A stretch of 64,000 nt of DNA from an uncultured Bacteroidales bacterium (lineage in GTDB: Bacteria > Bacteroidota > Bacteroidia > Bacteroidales > WCHB1-69): assembly GCA_937892025.1 (NCBI GenBank), contig CALAVA010000042.1, positions 739 to 64,738 of the forward strand, in the 5' to 3' direction. Every line of letters begins with the position of its first letter. Positions within the stretch are counted from its first letter, which is position 1. The position numbers and the translations under genes were made by a program. Shown here in pieces: positions 24,420 to 33,167 of the stretch. The notes beneath the pieces were generated by a model that worked only from the letters and a program-made list of their open reading frames with translations, searched no databases and was not told the origin of the DNA.

Positions 24420-26533
24420 TACAGATGGATAAACAACAGGTGTACAAAACCTTTGAGGTGTTTTATCCGCAAGATGAAAAACGTCTCATTGAGGTGCGTA
24501 TGATAAACCCAAATAGTAAGACTGATATATGGTCTGGCTATTTCTATGACTACGAAAAAGCGTGGGAGGAAATCATACGTTACGATAATGGAACATATAA
24601 CTTCTACTTTCCGATAAACACCATTGATGAAAGATGTTATTCCATGTCACAGCGTGACAGATTGGTGCGTGGTGCTGAAACGACAAAAGACAAAGATATA
24701 ACAACACGCGACTGGGTTCTGATAGATATTGATACGGAGAAAGGTCACTTGAAGATAAGTAGCACAGAAAAAGAATGGCAGGATGCAAGAATGAAAACCC
24801 ATCAAGTAAGGAACTACTTGAAGAGTATGGGTTTTTCAGACCCCGTGGTATGCTCAAGCGGTAATGGACTACATCTTCTCTATAAGGTTGATAGATGGGC
24901 GAACACGGACACAAATACAAGGTTGGTCGAAAGATTCCTACTATCTTTGTCAGCATTGTTTTCAGATGATAAAGCAGAAATTGACAAAAAAGTATTCAAT
25001 GCAGGCCGAATAACAAAATTTTACGGGACGGTTGCACACAAGGGTGTGGATTGTACCGAACGACCTCACAGATTAAGCCGTTTCTTGCTTATTCCCGAAG
25101 AGATAAAGACAACGGATAAAAGTTATTTTGAAAAAATTGCTAATATACTACCTGATGAAAAGGAAAGTAGGACAACACAAAACTTTGTCCGCAATTATGA
25201 AAACTTTGACATAGATGAGTTTATTCGTAAGCACAACATACAGGTTGCAAAAGACACGATGGACGGTGACACAAGAAAAATTGTGTTAAAAGAATGTCCT
25301 TTTGGTGGTGATGCTCATTCTGCCCCCGATTCTGCAATTTTTGTGATGAAGAATGGAGCGATAGGATTTTCTTGTTTCCATTCATCTTGTGCGGGGTACA
25401 CATGGAAAGATGTACGGCTGAAATACGAACCAGACGCATACGACAAAAAAGAATACAACAACTTTCAGTACAGACAGAGGTACAACACCCCACAAAGAAT
25501 AGAGCCTATAAAGCCATTGGAGGAAACGGCAGAAAAAGGCAAGGTGTGGCTAAAGATGTCAGATATTAGAAAGCCATCTTTCTCTTTTGCCGATTTTATC
25601 CCCTCTGGAATAACGGAACTTGACCGTAGAGGCGTTGGATTTAAGCGTGGTATGGTCTCTGTGTGGACTGGCAAACGTGGGTGTGGTAAATCCTCCTTGC
25701 TGAATATGCTTATCCTTAATGCTGCACAGAAGGGGTATAAGTCAGCATTGTGGACGGGTGAATTAACTTGTGACACGGCGAAGACTTGGCTGTATCTTCA
25801 AGCGGCAGGTAAGCAGTACAATGAAAGGCAATATGGTACGGACTATTACTCAACACCAGACCATATATCAGCAAAGATTGACACTTGGATTGACAAATAC
25901 TTTTGGTTGTTCAACAACAAGTATGGTGAGAATTTTAGCCAAATTGAAGACCAAATTCGTAAACTAAAGGAAAGCGAAAACATAGATGTAGTGTTGCTTG
26001 ACAATCTGATGGTTCTCGATTTACGTTCATTGGATGAAAACAAATATGACAGACAATCTATTTTGCTGCAAAAATTGACTGACCTTGCAAAAGAGTTGAA
26101 CATACATATACACCTTGTAGCACATCCGCACAAAAGTCTTGCATACATCCAAGTGGATAACATTAGCGGAAGTGGAGATATAAGCAATAAGGCTGACAAC
26201 GTGTTTGTATTAAGTCGTATTGATACAGGATTCCGTTCTGTTGCAGAGGAATACCTTGGCAAAATGGTTTATCAAGATGTGTTGGATTCCGCTTGCTCAA
26301 ACATCATTGAGGTTGGCAAGTTTCGTTCAAGAGGGACGCTGATGGGAATGGTCATAAAGTTGTGGTTTGAAGAAGAAAGCAATAGGCTGAAAAGCGATAA
26401 GGCTGAAAATGTCATATATGGATGGGTTTCGGAACCAAAGCAAAGTTCAATGAATTTTCAATCTGAAAGCAGTCACGATTTCCCCAATATGCCATTTGAT
26501 GCCCCATTGGAAGAAGAACAAGTACCTTTTTAA
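24407..26533 (+). CDS. primase-helicase fusion (AEP primase-polymerase domain + Cys/His cluster + DnaB/RepA-like P-loop helicase)
   Basis: AEP motifs LIDIDTEK and SSGNGLHLLYKV; CPFGG..HS....CFHSSC; Walker A TGKRGCGKSS; Walker B VVLLDNLM. Confidence 0.75.
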   Translation: MVEMIQMDKQQVYKTFEVFYPQDEKRLIEVRMINPNSKTDIWSGYFYDYEKAWEEIIRYDNGTYNFYFPINTIDERCYSMSQRDRLVRGAETTKDKDITTRDWVLIDIDTEKGHLKISSTEKEWQDARMKTHQVRNYLKSMGFSDPVVCSSGNGLHLLYKVDRWANTDTNTRLVERFLLSLSALFSDDKAEIDKKVFNAGRITKFYGTVAHKGVDCTERPHRLSRFLLIPEEIKTTDKSYFEKIANILPDEKESRTTQNFVRNYENFDIDEFIRKHNIQVAKDTMDGDTRKIVLKECPFGGDAHSAPDSAIFVMKNGAIGFSCFHSSCAGYTWKDVRLKYEPDAYDKKEYNNFQYRQRYNTPQRIEPIKPLEETAEKGKVWLKMSDIRKPSFSFADFIPSGITELDRRGVGFKRGMVSVWTGKRGCGKSSLLNMLILNAAQKGYKSALWTGELTCDTAKTWLYLQAAGKQYNERQYGTDYYSTPDHISAKIDTWIDKYFWLFNNKYGENFSQIEDQIRKLKESENIDVVLLDNLMVLDLRSLDENKYDRQSILLQKLTDLAKELNIHIHLVAHPHKSLAYIQVDNISGSGDISNKADNVFVLSRIDTGFRSVAEEYLGKMVYQDVLDSACSNIIEVGKFRSRGTLMGMVIKLWFEEESNRLKSDKAENVIYGWVSEPKQSSMNFQSESSHDFPNMPFDAPLEEEQVPF

Positions 26534-26559
26534 TAACAATATAAAAAAACAAAATTATT

Positions 26560-26868
26560 ATGGAAGATTTGAGAATACAACAAGGAACACTCCAACAGGG
26601 AGACATTGTGTTTTGCAAAACATTCGGTGGATGTGCATTGATTTCTGAATATGTGCATAGTTATGACGTTTCTTTTCGATGCGACTACATTTGGTACCCA
26701 AAAGAACACAGATTTTGGATTGACGAGAGCGTGTCGTTAGATGATATTCGCAAGCCAACGTGGGAAGAAGTTTGTGAATTTACGCGTCAATATTTATCAT
26801 TATCCTATGATTGGTGTATTGAATACGAAGAATTAAAACAAAAGATTGGAGAACTAATAAACAAATAA
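26560..26868 (+). CDS. hypothetical protein (102 aa)
   Basis: ORF-track ORF. Confidence 0.5.
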   Translation: MEDLRIQQGTLQQGDIVFCKTFGGCALISEYVHSYDVSFRCDYIWYPKEHRFWIDESVSLDDIRKPTWEEVCEFTRQYLSLSYDWCIEYEELKQKIGELINK

Positions 26869-26870
26869 TT

Positions 26871-27287
26871 ATGTACGAAATTTACATCAAAGGCAAGGCA
26901 GATGGCTTAAAAGCATCATGCGGACTTGTTGTCCTGAAAGAAGGAGAACAGGTAATGAGCAACGGTAAGTTCTTTGAAGAATACATTTTCACAAAGAGCG
27001 AGAAAGTTCCGTTAATTGAGTACAAAGCACAATTCCAGATGGAGTTATACGCCCTTGCATGGGGCTTGACTTATTGTGTAGATGGTGCAGAAATTGAAGT
27101 CTATTCCAACAACCTTGCCATTGTAGGGTGGATAAACAAATGGGAAGTGAGTGAAGAATATGAGCCAGTCTTTGACTATTGCAAGCATTGGGCAGAAAGA
27201 AAAACAATCCATGCAAGCCACATTAAGAAAGGCACAAATGAATACATTGACCAAGCAGACACGGAAGCAACCTTTTTCACATCATAA
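26871..27287 (+). CDS. RNase H-like fold protein (catalytic residues appear diverged)
   Basis: Collinear with RNase HI (..ELYALAWGL.., ..VYSNNLAIVGWINKW..), but the first Asp (IKGKA) and the DS motif (SNN) are replaced. Confidence 0.3.
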   Translation: MYEIYIKGKADGLKASCGLVVLKEGEQVMSNGKFFEEYIFTKSEKVPLIEYKAQFQMELYALAWGLTYCVDGAEIEVYSNNLAIVGWINKWEVSEEYEPVFDYCKHWAERKTIHASHIKKGTNEYIDQADTEATFFTS

Positions 27288-27291
27288 GATT

Positions 27292-27453
27292 ATGGAAGCA
27301 TTACGACACCAAATGACAAGGCGTGAACTTGATTCACTTTACTGCAAGTTGTGCGATTTTCTTGCTGACTGCACAAAAGAGGAGGTTGAAGAATATCGTG
27401 ACAGCATAGTTAAAATAAAGACGTTAATTCATTACAGGATGCAGGTAGTATGA
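27292..27453 (+). CDS. small hypothetical protein (53 aa)
   Basis: ATG (MEALRHQMTRREL) within ORF 27151..27453. Confidence 0.4.
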   Translation: MEALRHQMTRRELDSLYCKLCDFLADCTKEEVEEYRDSIVKIKTLIHYRMQVV

Positions 27454-27704
27454 CTAAAGAACAAAAGGAAATTCTCACCAAAGAACTCAAAAGGTTCTAT
27501 GAAAGGCTGTTCACAGCACAAGAAGAAGAATTAAAGCAAAGAGGTTTTACTTGTAACGATAACGGCACGAGAAGTCTTATTATAGACCTTTCGGACGTTG
27601 GTGATAAAGTAAAAGGTAATGTAGAAGTTATAAAGTTTACAAACAAACATGAGCAAGGAACAAGAGGAGGAAATAATTATGGCAAAGAAAAGCAAAAGAA
27701 TTGA
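27450..27704 (+). CDS. hypothetical protein (84 aa)
   Basis: ORF-track ORF, ATGA overlap. Confidence 0.5.
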   Translation: MTKEQKEILTKELKRFYERLFTAQEEELKQRGFTCNDNGTRSLIIDLSDVGDKVKGNVEVIKFTNKHEQGTRGGNNYGKEKQKN

Positions 27705-28143
27705 AATTGATGATTTCATCAACGCACTTTCAAAATTCAAAGGGAAGTACGACATTGATATACAAGGTGTGCAATTTGTACACCCTTATTGTTCCACGAT
27801 TGGGGATTTTACGTTTGACCAATTGTTTGACCAATTTGATGTTATAGGAATGCCCGACGAAATGACCTTTCATAGAGTTATCCTCATAAAGAAAGAAGAC
27901 AATGCCAAAATAGAAGAAGAATCCCTGAAAGAATACAAGGATGCTTTGTTGGTTGCATTGCAGAAAAGAAAGCAATACATATACCAAAAATTCAAGTCAT
28001 TGTCAAGGGATAAACCCAATATAACAGACGAACTATTGAATAATATAGCCGAAACATGCAATGAGTCTTTCTTCAATAGATTGCAAGAAGGAGAAAAAGA
28101 GTTTGAAGAAGAAATAAACTATAAAGATTTTATGGGATTATGA
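27679..28143 (+). CDS. hypothetical protein (154 aa)
   Basis: ATG (MAKKSKRIEIDD) preceded by GAGGAGG; lies within ORF 27649..28143. Confidence 0.5.
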   Translation: MAKKSKRIEIDDFINALSKFKGKYDIDIQGVQFVHPYCSTIGDFTFDQLFDQFDVIGMPDEMTFHRVILIKKEDNAKIEEESLKEYKDALLVALQKRKQYIYQKFKSLSRDKPNITDELLNNIAETCNESFFNRLQEGEKEFEEEINYKDFMGL

Positions 28144-28511
28144 CAAAGGCACAAGAAGATAAAATCATCCGCCAAGCACAAGACATCTTGGAACGGAGAC
28201 TGGGTGTAAGGGAGGACATCAAGGTAAACTTGCGAAACGTCATGTACTATTCCGCATACTACCTTGGTGCAATAACCGCCGTACAAAAAGTTGTAGATGA
28301 ACTTATGAATGGTGATAAGCCTAAAGGCGATGATTGGATATACTACAAAGCCGAGTGGGACTGCATCACAAAGGATAAGCGTTCAATGCAACTATATCTT
28401 GACGGAACAGAATCGAGATACAGAAACCACAAGAAGAACAAGAAAGGCAAACTTGAAAGTTGCGAGTGTTATTTTGTAGAACATAGAAACGTATTAACAG
28501 AATTAAAATAA
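28140..28511 (+). CDS. hypothetical protein (123 aa)
   Basis: ORF-track ORF. Confidence 0.5.
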   Translation: MTKAQEDKIIRQAQDILERRLGVREDIKVNLRNVMYYSAYYLGAITAVQKVVDELMNGDKPKGDDWIYYKAEWDCITKDKRSMQLYLDGTESRYRNHKKNKKGKLESCECYFVEHRNVLTELK

Positions 28512-28514
28512 ACT

Positions 28515-28820
28515 ATGAACAAGAAAGAATTAAAAGATGTAAAAACATTCTTTGAGAAATTACAAGAAAGCAAACTAATAGATGAACTAAACAATAATCA
28601 ATTATTGAGAATCGGAGAAAAATTTATTTATGGTGCAATAAAATCTATGCTTTTACAAAAAGAAATAAATCGTGCTAATGCATTGATGACTCTTCAAGAC
28701 ACAGCAGAGATATTAAGAGCCGAATTGGAACTTGGTGATAAGTGGCTTGGTGACATTCCTGGCCGCGCACCACTCTTAAATCGTGCAGTTGAAGGTTTAT
28801 TAAATGACCTTGATGAATAA
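28515..28820 (+). CDS. hypothetical protein (101 aa)
   Basis: ORF-track ORF. Confidence 0.5.
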   Translation: MNKKELKDVKTFFEKLQESKLIDELNNNQLLRIGEKFIYGAIKSMLLQKEINRANALMTLQDTAEILRAELELGDKWLGDIPGRAPLLNRAVEGLLNDLDE

Positions 28821-29063
28821 TGGAAGGCTTACTTTGTAGAACGTAAAACATTATTAACTGAACTGACATGAGCAAACAGAATACAGCGGAAACACAGGCA
28901 TCACATCAATTCGCCGTGTAGCGATAAAAAATGTTCTATGGTAAAGTGACCACACAAGACAAGAAAATCCGTTAGAACGCAAATTTGACCCCAAATTAAA
29001 GGTCGTAGTGAATAATTCAGATAACAATAGTAATAAACCTATACAATTAAGTTTGTTTTGACT

Positions 29064-29477
29064 ATGGAACAAGAAAGCAAATACCGTCAGCCACACAACG
29101 AAGTGCCAGACAAAACAATTCTTCGATACGTTCTCCGTGAAAACGGTGCGTTGAAAGCCGAGAACGAGGAACTGCAAGAAAAGATAAAGTTATTGGAAAG
29201 ACAACTCGCCAACAAAGCAAAAGCCATTTCAGCGTTCAAAGAATGGCAAAGCAAGGTAGCCGAGTACAATGTGGAGTATTGGCTTAACCAAGGCATCGAA
29301 CTATTGAAAGAGCCACCAAAGAAAGAACTCATCAAAGCACTACGCCAATATGTCTGCACCTACCATACCTACAAAGACAAGGTAAATACGCTTATCAGCC
29401 TAATACAGAAACTTGAAGCAAAAAGGGAAGTTTTCGAGAAAGTAATTAAACAGGAAATTGAAGATGGAACAGTTTAG
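29064..29477 (+). CDS. coiled-coil protein (about 137 aa)
   Basis: First ATG of ORF 29058..29477. Confidence 0.5.
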   Translation: MEQESKYRQPHNEVPDKTILRYVLRENGALKAENEELQEKIKLLERQLANKAKAISAFKEWQSKVAEYNVEYWLNQGIELLKEPPKKELIKALRQYVCTYHTYKDKVNTLISLIQKLEAKREVFEKVIKQEIEDGTV

Positions 29478-29799
29478 ACAAGACTTATACAATGCTTGCT
29501 TGCTTGCGGATTTGCCGATTATCAGCCGTGACACAGCGGCAAAGATATTGGCGATAGTTGGACTGCAAGGCGGTGATGAAAGAATAGTTCTTTCGCCCAA
29601 ATGCCAATGCGACCTAAAGTATATTCAAGAACGATTCCATATACAAGGTGGTGAAACGCCCGATATAGTTGTGGCAAGACTTATGAAAAGGTACACAAAG
29701 GAACTGAAAGAATATACAGACGCACATAATGGAGAGTGGACGGATTGGGCGTATAAACTCTTTCACGAACGCTACGGATTCAGACTATACAATTTATAA
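29464..29799 (+). CDS. hypothetical protein (about 111 aa)
   Basis: First ATG of ORF 29458..29799. Confidence 0.5.
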   Translation: MEQFRQDLYNACLLADLPIISRDTAAKILAIVGLQGGDERIVLSPKCQCDLKYIQERFHIQGGETPDIVVARLMKRYTKELKEYTDAHNGEWTDWAYKLFHERYGFRLYNL

Positions 29800-29820
29800 A
29801 CCACTAAACGAAAACAAAAG

Positions 29821-30327
29821 ATGAACGACATTATCATTAACAACAGCAACGTCGCCATAAACGATAATATATGGCATTACAAAAGAAAGACGGTGAAAGA
29901 GCGACTGAAACGGCAAGAATCAATACGCTCCCAAAAGCGATTCTATCACTTGTTCAAGTTTAAGAAACTACGCATATATGTTACTTATAACATCCGCCTG
30001 AAAGGACGCAACAAACGTGACAGCGAAAACAATATCTTTGACACAAGGACGTTTAAGAAAAAGGTTTACCAGAGAGCAGAAGGCAAGTGTGAATTATGCG
30101 GCAAACAAATAACTTGGCAAGAATATCAGATGCACCATATCCTGCCTATCGGACGTTTCCCAGAGTATGCGATGGACGAAAGAAACCTGCTGTGCCTTTG
30201 TCACGAATGCCACAAGAATATACATAATAACCCATATACGGAAGTTGAACAAATGGAGAAATTGGGGGGGGTATTAAATATTGATGTTAAACAGAAATAC
30301 ATGGATTATGAACACAAAGCACAATAA
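29821..30327 (+). CDS. HNH endonuclease
   Basis: CELCGK...YQMHHILP.......NLLCLCHECHKNIH: classic HNH Cys/His motif. Confidence 0.75.
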   Translation: MNDIIINNSNVAINDNIWHYKRKTVKERLKRQESIRSQKRFYHLFKFKKLRIYVTYNIRLKGRNKRDSENNIFDTRTFKKKVYQRAEGKCELCGKQITWQEYQMHHILPIGRFPEYAMDERNLLCLCHECHKNIHNNPYTEVEQMEKLGGVLNIDVKQKYMDYEHKAQ

Positions 30328-30478
30328 GAAAGACTGGTATCTGAAAATAGAAATGGAAACGAGGGATGAAGTTTTGGAGTTTTACAATATGGTTAGGTCT
30401 TGGAATCATAGCCATAGCAACACTTTCATTGGATTGGAGAACTTCATTAAAGAAAATTACAATGTGGTGAATGGTTAA
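30308..30478 (+). CDS. small hypothetical protein (56 aa)
   Basis: Internal ATG of ORF 30281..30478, which overlaps the HNH gene end. Confidence 0.3.
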   Translation: MNTKHNKKDWYLKIEMETRDEVLEFYNMVRSWNHSHSNTFIGLENFIKENYNVVNG

Positions 30479-30537
30479 AATATCTAAACAACACGCAAAA
30501 AGTTTTCAAGCCGTTTGGTAAATTAAAAACAAAAACG

Positions 30538-30545
30538 TAACTTTG
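30538..30545 (+). promoter_or_regulatory. Bacteroidetes-type -7 promoter motif TAACTTTG
   Basis: Matches TAnnTTTG at the head of a 450-bp ORF-free interval. Confidence 0.5.
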
Positions 30546-30552
30546 CAACATC

Positions 30553-30822
30553 TTACGGCGGTAAGGTTCTCACTTTATCAATTAGAAGAAGGATTTTTCG
30601 GAAATTCGTATCAAAAATTTTACTTTTTTTTGAAACATCAAGGAATGGTCTGTGAAGATAGTTCCTTTCTTATGAAACACTCCGACCAAAGATAGCCTTT
30701 CAGCGATGAAAGGTGGGAGCAGCGGACGTAACTCTTTGCAAGCGTCAGGAAACAAATCGCAAAGACTCTGCCATAGAAAGATAGGTTAGTAAAAGATAGA
30801 GGTTCGAGTCCTCCGCTGCTTA
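30553..30822 (+). ncRNA. about 270-nt non-coding RNA candidate ending in a tRNA-like module
   Basis: No ORF of 60 aa or more. At the 3' end, T-arm GAGG-TTCGAGT-CCTC is followed by CGCTGCT, which pairs perfectly with AGCAGCG at 30718-30724. Hairpin cctttc-agcgat-gaaagg lies at 30696-30713. Confidence 0.45.
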
Positions 30823-30932
30823 CAAATAAATAGTTCTACCCCGAAGTTGAGAAGAATGATGCTGTAAAACAAGAAACGTACAGAAATCGCCAAGCAGCAT
30901 CATTCTCTCTTCCTTTCACGAAAACAACAGAA

Positions 30933-31325
30933 ATGAAATCTTACGAAATCGAAGAAAAGTCTTACACGCTACATCTTCCAGACCCCCCTACAAACGGAAA
31001 CAAAGGTCGTTTTGTCAAAGGGATGAAAACATGGAACAAAGGAATGACGTGGGAAGAAATGGGAATAAGCAAGGATGCACAAGAAAAGATACGCTCCATT
31101 CTTGCGGAAGGCAGAAAAAAGTGCGACCATCACAAGTGCGGAGGATGGAACGCTAAACCAATCATCCAAATGGATGAAGATGGCAATAGAATAGGATGGT
31201 TCTACTCCAGCCACCATGCCGCCAAACGGTTAGGGCTGATAGGAAGGAACATCCGCCTTGTATGCGAGGGAAAAAGACCTCGATGTGGTGGCTTTAGGTT
31301 TAAGTTTGACCCAATTTTTTTATAG
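30933..31325 (+). CDS. NUMOD-type DNA-binding protein (homing-endonuclease-associated modules, no nuclease domain seen)
   Basis: GRFVKGMKTWNKGM (NUMOD3-like) and IIQMDEDGNRIGWFYSSHHAAKRLGLIGRNIRLVCEGKR.RCGGFRFKF (IENR/NUMOD1-like). Confidence 0.5.
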   Translation: MKSYEIEEKSYTLHLPDPPTNGNKGRFVKGMKTWNKGMTWEEMGISKDAQEKIRSILAEGRKKCDHHKCGGWNAKPIIQMDEDGNRIGWFYSSHHAAKRLGLIGRNIRLVCEGKRPRCGGFRFKFDPIFL

Positions 31326-31329
31326 CAAT

Positions 31330-31527
31330 ATGACACAGGTAAAAATGTTCAATTCCGATGGAACGGCAAAGACTTGTCCGTATGGTGGCTTCATTAACTA
31401 CCCAGTCGGCACTATCAAGAAAATCAAAGTATGTGATTCTAACTGCACGTTATGCCCATGTTATATGAGTGCAGAATACAATGCAGGAAACCCGGCATCA
31501 AGTTACATTAAATGCGATTACAGATGA
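31330..31527 (+). CDS. small Cys-rich protein (65 aa)
   Basis: ATG 31330 (MTQVKMFNSDG..CPYGG..CDSNCTLCPC). Confidence 0.45.
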   Translation: MTQVKMFNSDGTAKTCPYGGFINYPVGTIKKIKVCDSNCTLCPCYMSAEYNAGNPASSYIKCDYR

Positions 31528-31769
31528 AAGAAGCATTGAAGAAAGACGTGTACAACGCATCAAAAGGAGTGCTTGGCAAAGAAAGTGCAAGGCAATACGC
31601 AAATGGTTATGCTGACGGTTGTGTAGAGGGGATTTGCGTGACAGCAGAGGAACTGATAAACGCTTTCCAAGAATTTAGCGTAATCCCTGCAAGCGTTGTT
31701 GTTGAGAATCTGGAGAATATGTTAAAGAAGTACGAACAGCATAGAATTAAATGGGAGGTAAAGAAATGA
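31524..31769 (+). CDS. hypothetical protein (81 aa)
   Basis: ATGA start/stop overlap with the previous ORF. Confidence 0.5.
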   Translation: MKEALKKDVYNASKGVLGKESARQYANGYADGCVEGICVTAEELINAFQEFSVIPASVVVENLENMLKKYEQHRIKWEVKK

Positions 31770-31990
31770 GCATTAAAAAACAAGCAGATAACTATGTGGG
31801 ACACAAGTTTGAGATAGAGGAAGACTTGTCTGCAACCATGTGTCGTGATTCATACATTGCAGGTGCAAACTTTGTCGTCAACGAAATACAATCCATACTT
31901 AACGAATTGCACATACAAGGGACATCGCTCTTTGCATGGGGGTATATTCAGGACAAACTAAACGAATTAAAGAAAGATGGAAAAGATTAA
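31766..31990 (+). CDS. hypothetical protein (74 aa)
   Basis: ATGA start/stop overlap with the previous ORF. Confidence 0.5.
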   Translation: MSIKKQADNYVGHKFEIEEDLSATMCRDSYIAGANFVVNEIQSILNELHIQGTSLFAWGYIQDKLNELKKDGKD

Positions 31991-32180
31991 AGGCTACCAG
32001 ACCACATATATTGACATAATGGTAGATGGTAGGTTCTATAAACAGATACCCTACCACTTCAATCCATTATGGGAGATTGACTTGAAAGACGTGCAAAAGG
32101 AAGTCCTTAACGCATATCCGCATCTGGCAAACAAGCATTTTACAATGGGATTCAGCAACCAAAGAATAGCAAGGAGATAA
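31977..32180 (+). CDS. hypothetical protein (67 aa)
   Basis: ORF-track ORF. Confidence 0.5.
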   Translation: MEKIKGYQTTYIDIMVDGRFYKQIPYHFNPLWEIDLKDVQKEVLNAYPHLANKHFTMGFSNQRIARR

Positions 32181-32184
32181 AACT

Positions 32185-32403
32185 ATGGAAAAAGAATTAT
32201 TCCCGAAAAAACAATTACGTGACCATAAAGGACGTTACTGCACCAAGCAGCAAAAGAAAAACGATATGCTGGCGGAGGAAAACAAGAAACTGCGTTGGGA
32301 ACGTGATAAATATTACCGTGCTTTCATGGTATTGGCACAACGTAATTCATCATTGGAACGTGAACTGATAACATTAAAGGCTAAACTAAAGGAACTGGTA
32401 TGA
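32185..32403 (+). CDS. hypothetical coiled-coil protein (72 aa)
   Basis: ORF-track ORF. Confidence 0.5.
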   Translation: MEKELFPKKQLRDHKGRYCTKQQKKNDMLAEENKKLRWERDKYYRAFMVLAQRNSSLERELITLKAKLKELV

Positions 32404-32741
32404 ATGATTGTCATTTTTCGGGGAGAGTGGGAAGAGTCAATTTCAGCCAAGCACAGAACGGAAATCCCTATGTCGGCTTTTGCGTCGAGGAAAAGAAAGT
32501 TGAGGATGAAACTGGGCGAAAGAACCTTTTGTGGGTGAATTGCTTTCAGCATAATGTTATCAAGTACCTCAAAGCACTAAACTTCAAAATAGGGGATTAT
32601 GTTGCGGTTGAGGCATCGGCGGAATCCTTCACCGAAGAAATTAAGGGAACGACTTACAGCAGACAAGGGTTTAACGCAAAAAAAGTTTGGATAGTTAAGA
32701 CAATGAAAGATGCAGAACAGCAAAACAATAAACAACAATAA
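32400..32741 (+). CDS. possible single-stranded DNA-binding (OB-fold) protein
   Basis: SSB-like start (NDCHFSGRVGRVNFSQAQNGNPYVGFCV) and size; lies upstream of the Exo/RecT pair; weak call. Confidence 0.35.
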   Translation: MNDCHFSGRVGRVNFSQAQNGNPYVGFCVEEKKVEDETGRKNLLWVNCFQHNVIKYLKALNFKIGDYVAVEASAESFTEEIKGTTYSRQGFNAKKVWIVKTMKDAEQQNNKQQ

Positions 32742-32742
32742 T

Positions 32743-33159
32743 ATGGAAACAAAAGGAATTATAATCAGTAAAAAAGACTACGAACGACTAACCGACATCG
32801 AAAAGAACTTTGACGAAAAGGTTAAAGAAAATAAGGAATTATTCAGGAAAGGATTAGAAGATGCCATTAAGGGTAATCTTGTAAAAATTCTTTGGATAGG
32901 CGACAAGTATTATGCAAAATTGAAAGGCTGTGACTTGTCCGATGAGGGTATTGATAGTTTTATAAGCCGTGAGGATGCGGATTTTGTAGATAAGATGTCT
33001 TCACGTGAATCTTACGATAGAGAGAAAATTATTACAACTTACGGACTTTATCAAGAAATCATTGACAAACTAAAAAAGACAATCCGTAACCTTTGGTGGG
33101 CTTTCGGAATGATGTTTGTGGCGTGGATTATTACATATATAGCATGGTGTCTTAAATAA
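32743..33159 (+). CDS. hypothetical protein with C-terminal TM segment (138 aa)
   Basis: ATG (METKGIIISKKD) within ORF 32710..33159; C-terminus LWWAFGMMFVAWIITYIAWCL. Confidence 0.5.
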   Translation: METKGIIISKKDYERLTDIEKNFDEKVKENKELFRKGLEDAIKGNLVKILWIGDKYYAKLKGCDLSDEGIDSFISREDADFVDKMSSRESYDREKIITTYGLYQEIIDKLKKTIRNLWWAFGMMFVAWIITYIAWCLK

Positions 33160-33167
33160 GGAGGGAA

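Noticed and set aside
26871-27287. Active RNase H
   Set aside because: The sequence is collinear with RNase HI, but the first catalytic Asp and the DS motif appear substituted (K and N). I kept it only as a low-confidence RNase H-like fold.
21749-28820. Genome-wide TAA (or other stop codon) reassignment
   Set aside because: Long late genes (1221, 728, 708, 592 and 572 aa) are uninterrupted under the standard code. No suppressor tRNA with a TTA, CTA or TCA anticodon loop could be folded. Only two local cases were seen.
17696-30822. tRNA-like 3' ends as attP cores for tRNA-gene integration
   Set aside because: There is no tyrosine integrase in the window. Both elements have their own promoter and a complementary 5' acceptor strand, so they look like expressed RNAs rather than partial tRNA copies.
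30553-30822. Group I intron inside a split tRNA gene
   Set aside because: I could not find a 5' exon near the transcription start that is complementary to the 3' acceptor strand. The complementary strand lies internally at 30718-24. No P7/P3-type core was recognisable by eye.
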